Translations under genes and position numbers: made by a program
Assembly: GCA_043228905.1 (NCBI GenBank)
Contig: JBHGNT010000829.1
Coordinates: 1-14,920 of the forward strand
From: Azolla caroliniana
Lineage: Eukaryota > Plantae > Polypodiophyta
Length of the DNA stretch: 14,920 nucleotides
Reading direction: 5' to 3'
Notes under the pieces: generated by a model
Seen by the model: only the letters and a program-made list of their open reading frames with translations
Databases searched by the model: none
Told to the model about the DNA's origin: nothing
Shown here: piece by piece, positions 8,915 through 14,920 of the stretch
How the letters are laid out: each line of letters starts with the position of its first letter
Numbering within the stretch: position 1 is the first letter of the stretch

Positions 8915-11900
8915 TTCAAACATGCGAATCGAAGCTCACAACACTACCTATAATATGGAATTAAAAAATCAAGATTTTGAAACTCAGGTCGAGAGACATG
9001 ACGAAATTACCAAATTTGAGCAGTTAGTTGAGAAGAGCTAGAATGTAAATTAAAATGTTCACACCTGGGTCGTGTGATATCGAATATTTGTGTTCAAACA
9101 TGCGAATCGAAGCTAACAACGCTAGCTATGATATGGAATTAAGAAATCAAGATTTCGACACTCAGGTCGAGAGACATGACGAAATTACCAAATTTGAGCA
9201 GTTATTTGAGAAGAGCTAGAAGGTAAATTAAAATGTTCACACCTGGGTCGTGTGATATCGAATATTTGTGTTCAAACATGCGAATCGAAGCTAACAACGC
9301 TAGCTATGATATGGAATTAAGAAATCAAGATTTCGACACTCAGGTCGAGAGACATGACGAAATTACCAAATTTGAGCAGTTATTTGAGAAGAGCTAGAAG
9401 GTAAATTAAAATGTTCACACCTGGGTCGTGTGATATCGAATATTTGTGTTCAAACATGCGAATCGAAGCTAACAACCCTAGCCATGATATGGAATTAAAA
9501 AATCAAGATTTTGAAACTCAGGTCGAGAGACATGACGAAATTACCAAATTTGAGGAGTGACATGAGAGGAGCCCTTGATTAAATGAAAATGTTCATACCT
9601 GGCTCGTGTAATATCGGATTTTTGTGTTCAAACATGCGAATCGAAGCTAACAACGCTAGCTATGATATGGAATTAAAAAACCAAGATTTTGAAACTCAGG
9701 TCGAGAGACATGACGAAATTACCAAATTTGAGGAGTGAGTTGAGAGGAGCCCTTGAGTAAATTAAAATGTTCATACCTGTCTCGTATTATATCGGATTTT
9801 TGTGTTCAAACATGGGAATCGAAGCTAACAACGCTAGCTATGATATGGAATTAAAAAATCAAGATTTTGAAACTCAGGTTGAGAGACATGACGAAATTAC
9901 TAAATTTGAGGAGTGACTTGAGAGGAGCCCTTGAGTAAATGAAAATGTTCATACCTGGCTCGTGTAATATCGGATTTTTGTGTTCAAACATGCGAATCGA
10001 AGCTAACAACGCTAGCTATGATATGGAATTAAAAAATCAAGATTTTGAAACTCAGATCGCGAGACATGAAGAAATTACCAAATTTGAGGAGTGAGTTGAG
10101 AAGAGCTAGGAGGTAAATTAAAATGTTCATATCTGGATCGTGTGATATCGAATATTTGTGTTCAAACATGCGAATCGAAGCTAACAACGCTAGCTATGAT
10201 ATGGAATTAAAAAATCAAGATTTTGAAACTCAGGTCGAGAGACATGACGAAATTACCAAATTTGAGGAGTGAGTTGAGAGCAGCCCTTGAGTAAATTAAA
10301 ATATTCATACCTGGCTCGTATCATATCGGATTTTTGTGTTCAAACATGGGAATCGAAGCTAACAACGCTAGCTATGATATGGAATTAAAAAATCAAGATT
10401 TTGAAACTCAGATCGAGAGACATGACGAAATTACCAAATTTGAGGAGTGAGTTGAGAAGAGCTAGGAGGTAAATTAAAATGTTCATACCTGGATCGTGTG
10501 ATATCGAATATTTGTGTTCAAACATGCGAATCGAAGCTAACAACGCTAGCTATGATATGCAATTAAAAAATCAAGATTTTGAAACTCAGGTCGAGAGACA
10601 TGACGAAATTACCAAATTTGAGGAGTGAGTTGAGAAGAGCTAGAAGGTAAATTAAAATGTTCATACCTGGCTCGTATCATATCGGATTTTTGTGTTCAAA
10701 CATGCGAATCGAAGCTAACAACGCTAGCTATAATATGAAATTAAAAAATCAAGATTTTGAAACTCAGGTCGAGAGACATGACGAAATTACCAAATTTGAG
10801 GAGTGAGTTGAGAGGAGCCCTTGAGTAAATGAAAATGTTCATACCTGGCTCGTATCATATCGGATTTTTGTGTTCAAACATGCGAATCGAAGCTAACAAC
10901 GCTAGCTATAATATGAAATTAAAAAATCAAGATTTTGAAACTCAGGTCGAGAGACATGACGAAATTACCAAATTTGAGGAGTGAGTTGAGAGGAGCCCTT
11001 GAGTAAATGAAAATGTTCATACCTGGCTCGTATCATATCGGATTTTTGTGTTCAAACATGCGAATCGAAGCTAACAACGCTAGCTATGATATGGAATTAA
11101 AAAATCAAGATTTTGAAACTCAGGTCGAGAAGACATGATGAAATTACCAAATTTGAGGAGTGAGTTGAGAAGAGCTAGGAGGTAAATTAAAATGTTCATA
11201 CCTGGCTCGTGTGACATCGGATTTTTGTGTTCAAACATCCGAATCGAAGCTAACAACGCCAGCTATGATATGGAATTAAAAAATCAAGATTTTGAAACTC
11301 AGGTCGAGAGACATGACGGAATTACCAAATTTGAGGAGTCAGTTGGGAAGAGCCCTTGAGTAAATTAAAATGTTCATACCTGGCTCGTATCATATCGGAT
11401 TTTTGTGTTCAAACATGCGAATCGAAGCTAACAACGCTAGCTATGATGTGGAATTAAAAAATCAAGATTTTGACACTCAGATCGAGAGACATGACGAAAT
11501 TACCAAATTTGAGCAGTTAGTTGAGAAGAGCTAGAAGGTAAATTAAAATGTTCACACCTGGGTCGTGTGATATCGAATATTTGTGTTCAAACATGCGAAT
11601 CGAAGCTAACAACGCTAGCTATGATATGCAATTAAAAAATCAAGATTTTGAAACTCAGGTCGAGAGACATGACGAAATTACCAAATTTGAGGAGTGAGTT
11701 GAGAAGAGCTAGGAGGTAAATTAAAATGTTCATACCTAGCTCGTATCATATCGGATTTTTGTGTTCAAACATGGGAATCGAAGCTAACAACGCTAGCTAT
11801 GATATGAAATTAAAAAATCAAGATTTTGAAACTCAGATCGAGAGACATGACGAAATTACGAAATTTGAGGAGTGAGTTGAGAAGAGCTAGGAGGTAAATT

Positions 11901-12297
11901 AAAATGTTCATACCTGGCTCGTGTGATATCGAATTTTTGTGTTCAAACATGCGAATCGAAGCTAACAACGCTAGCTATAATATGAAATTAAAAAATCAAG
12001 TTTTTGAAACTCAGGTCGAGAGACATGACGAAATTACCAAATTTGAGGAGTGACTTGAGAGGAGCCCTTGAGTAATTGAAAATGTTCATACCTGGCTCGT
12101 GTAATATCGGATTTTTGTGTTCAAACATGCGAATCGAAGCTAACAACGCTAGTTATGATATGGAATCAAAAAATCAAGATTTTGAAACTCAGGTCGAGAG
12201 ACATGACGAAATTACCAAATTTGAGGAGTGAGTTGAGAGGAGCCCTTGAGAAAATGAAAATGTTCATACCTGGCTCGTGTGATATCGAATTTTTGTG
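8915..12297. repeat. Higher-order repeat, full copy 2: 19 monomers, 3,383 bp
   Basis: R markers at 8935 and 12318. The monomer order matches copy 1, including the S-S and B-B doublets and the GTGACATC variant in the I monomer. Confidence 0.93.
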
Positions 12298-14920
12298 TTC
12301 AAACATGCGAATCGAAGCTCACAACACTACCTATAATATGGAATTAAAAAATCAAGATTTTGAAACTCAGGTCGAGAGACATGACGAAATTACCAAATTT
12401 GAGCAGTTAGTTGAGAAGAGCTAGAATGTAAATTAAAATGTTCACACCTGGGTCGTGTGATATCGAATATTTGTGTTCAAACATGCGAATCGAAGCTAAC
12501 AACGCTAGCTATGATATGGAATTAAGAAATCAAGATTTCGACACTCAGGTCGAGAGACATGACGAAATTACCAAATTTGAGCAGTTAGTTGAGAAGAGCT
12601 AGAAGGTAAATTAAAATGTTCACACCTGGGTCGTGTGATATCGAATATTTGTGTTCAAACATGCGAATCGAAGCTAACAACGCTAGCTATGATATGGAAT
12701 TAAAAAATCAAGATTTTGAAACTCAGGTCGAGAGACATGACGAAATTACCAAATTTGAGGAGTGAGTTGAGAAGAGCTAGGAGGTAAATTAAAATGTTCA
12801 TACCTAGCTCGTATCATATCGGATTTTTGTGTTCAAACATGGAATCGAAGCTAACAACGCTTGCTATGATATGAAATTAAAAAATCAAGATTTTGAAACT
12901 CAGATCGAGAGACATGACGAAATTACGAAATTTGAGGAGTGAGTTGAGAAGAGCTAGGAGGTAAATTAAAATGTTCATACCTGGCTCGTGTGATATCGAA
13001 TTTTTGTGTTCAAACATGCGAATCGAAGCTAACAACGCTAGCTATAATATGAAATTAAAAAATCAAGATTTTGAAACTCAGGTCGAGAGACATGACGAAA
13101 TTACCAAATTTGAGGAGTGACTTGAGAGGAGCCCTTGAGTAATTGAAAATGTTCATACCTGGCTCGTGTAATATCGGATTTTTGTGTTCAAACATGCGAA
13201 TCGAAGCTAACAACGCTAGTTATGATATGGAATCAAAAAATCAAGATTTTGAAACTCAGGTCGAGAGACATGACGAAATTACCAAATTTGAGGAGTGAGT
13301 TGAGAGGAGCCCTTGAGTAAATGAAAATGTTCATACCTGGCTCGTGTGATATCGAATTTTTGTGTTCAAACATGCGAATCGAAGCTCACAACACTACCTA
13401 TAATATGGAATTAAAAAATCAAGATTTTGAAACTCAGGTCGAGAGACATGACGAAATTACCAAATTTGAGGAGTGGCTTGAGAGGAGCCCTTGAGTAATT
13501 GAAAATGTTCATACCTGGCTCGTGTAATATCGGATTTTTGTGTTCAAACATGCGAATCGAAGCTAACAACGCTAGTTATGATATGGAATCAAAAAATCAA
13601 GATTTTGAAACTCAGGTCGAGAGACATGACGAAATTACCAAATTTGAGGCGTGAGTTGAGAGGAGCGCTTGAGTAAATGAAAATGTTCATACCTGGCTCG
13701 TGTGATATCGGATTTTTGTGTTCAAACATGCGAATCGAAGCTAACAACGCTAGTTATGATATGGAATCAAAAAATCAAGATTTTGAAACTCAGGTCGAGA
13801 GACATGACGAAATTACCAAATTTGAGGAGTGACTTGAGAGGAGCCCTTGAGTAAATTAGAATGTTCATACCTGGCTCGTATCATATCGGATTTTTGTGTT
13901 CAAACATGGGAATCGAAGCTAACAACGCTAGCTATGATATGGAATTAATAAATCAAGATTTTGAAACTCAGATCGAGAGACATGAAGAAATTACCAAATT
14001 TGAGGAGTGAGTTGAGAAGAGCTAGGAGGTAAATTAAAATGTTCATACCTGGCTTGTGTGATATCGGATTTTTGTGTTCAAACATCCGAATCGAAGCTAA
14101 TAACGCCAGCTATGATATGGAATTAAAAAATCAAGATTTTGAAACTCAGGTCGAGAGACATGACGGAATTACCAAATTTGAGGAGTCAGTTGGGAAGAGC
14201 CCTTGCGTAAATTAAAATGTTCATACCTGGCTCGTATCATATCGGATTTTTGTGTTCAAACATGCGAATCGAAGCTAACAACGCTAGCTATGATATGGAA
14301 TTAAAAAATCAAGATTTTGACACTCAGATCGAGAGACATGACGAAATTACCAAATTTGAGCAGTTAGTTGAGAAGAGCTAGAAGGTAAATTAAAATGTTC
14401 ACACCTGGGTCGTGTGATATCGAATATTTGTGTTCAAACATGCGAATCGAAGCTAACAACGCTAGCTATGATATGCAATTAAAAAATCAAGATTTTGAAA
14501 CTCAGGTCGAGAGACATGACGAAATTACCAAATTTGAGGAGTGAGTTGAGAAGAGCTAGGAGGTAAATTAAAATGTTCATACCTAGCTCGTATCATATCG
14601 GATTTTTGTGTTCAAACATGCGAATCGAAGCTAACAACGCTAGCTATAATATGAAATTAAAAAATCAAGATTTTGAAACTCAGGTCGAGAGACATGACGA
14701 AATTACCAAATTTGAGGAGTGACTTGAGAGGAGCCCTTGAGTAATTGAAAATGTTCATACCTGGCTCGTGTAATATCGGATTTTTGTGTTCAAACATGCG
14801 AATCGAAGCTAACAACGCTAGTTATGATATGGAATCAAAAAATCAAGATTTTGAAACTCAGGTCGAGAGACATGACGAAATTACCAAATTTGAGGAGTGA
14901 GTTGAGAGGAGCCCTTGAGT
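12298..14920. repeat. Short HOR derivatives (R-S/K-L-M-P-Q, R/P-Q, two atypical monomers, J-K-L-P-Q)
   Basis: The L (CCTAGCTCG), M (TTACGAAAT), P (GTAATTG), Q (GTTATG..GAATCAAAA) and R markers recur about 1,067 bp (6 monomers) after the previous L-M-P-Q-R. J-K-L markers occur at 14077-14610. Confidence 0.8.

Larger units (their letters stand above)
1..14920. repeat. Tandem satellite DNA array, 178-bp monomer, about 84 head-to-tail copies, extending beyond both window ends
   Basis: The anchor TTCAAA(C) recurs at 11, 189, 368, 546, 724, 902, 1080 ... 14611, 14789. Spacing is 178 bp except five 179-bp units and one 177-bp unit. Approximate consensus: TTCAAACATGCGAATCGAAGCTAACAACGCTAGCTATGATATGGAATTAAAAAATCAAGATTTTGAAACTCAGGTCGAGAGACATGACGAAATTACCAAATTTGAGGAGTGAGTTGAGA[GGAGCCCTTGA|AGAGCTAGGAG]GTAAATTAAAATGTTCATACCTGGCTCGT[GTG|ATC|GTA]ATATCGGATTTTTGTG. 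Confidence 0.99.

Noticed and set aside
12155-12424. 89-aa ORF from the supplied track
   Set aside because: It lies wholly in satellite monomers. It exists because a private T>A at 12251 converts TAA to AAA, in combination with the Q and R alleles that remove other stops. The paralogous position in HOR copy 1 retains the stop.
12838-12845. Single 177-bp monomer (CATGGG>CATGG)
   Set aside because: A one-off loss in a G run that cannot be distinguished from sequencing error without reads.
1-14920. CRISPR array
   Set aside because: No unique spacers: the entire 178-bp unit repeats, and no cas genes are present.
1-14920. Identity with Arabidopsis CEN178 or primate alpha satellite
   Set aside because: Only the length is similar. 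I do not recognise those sequences here, and I saw no HindIII AAGCTT site (AAGCTA instead) and no CENP-B box (TTCGNNNNANNCGGG) on either strand.
1-14920. Tandem 5S rRNA, tRNA or snRNA gene array
   Set aside because: No recognisable 5S or tRNA sequence, no cloverleaf, and no convincing Pol III A/B/C boxes in the monomer.
1-14920. One long repeat-protein gene
   Set aside because: 178 is not a multiple of 3, and the ORF track shows no long frame on either strand.

Overview
The whole 14,920-bp window is one uninterrupted head-to-tail tandem array of a 178-bp monomer (about 84 copies, about 38% GC counted in one monomer, all in the same orientation). This is typical of eukaryotic satellite DNA, possibly (peri)centromeric; I do not recognise the family or species. 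There are no unique spacers, transposon insertions, RNA genes or credible conventional genes. Typing each monomer by its diagnostic variants shows a higher-order repeat (HOR) of 19 monomers (3,383 bp), present as two near-identical full copies (about 4820-8202 and 8915-12297). Truncated or reshuffled copies with chimeric junction monomers surround them. The most unusual observation is that nearly every monomer carries a 49-codon ORF covering 150 of its 178 bp, and about a quarter have a perfect AGGAGGT 8 nt upstream of the ATG. Substitution patterns look roughly neutral, so this may be coincidence. All monomer typing and counts were done by eye and should be confirmed computationally.
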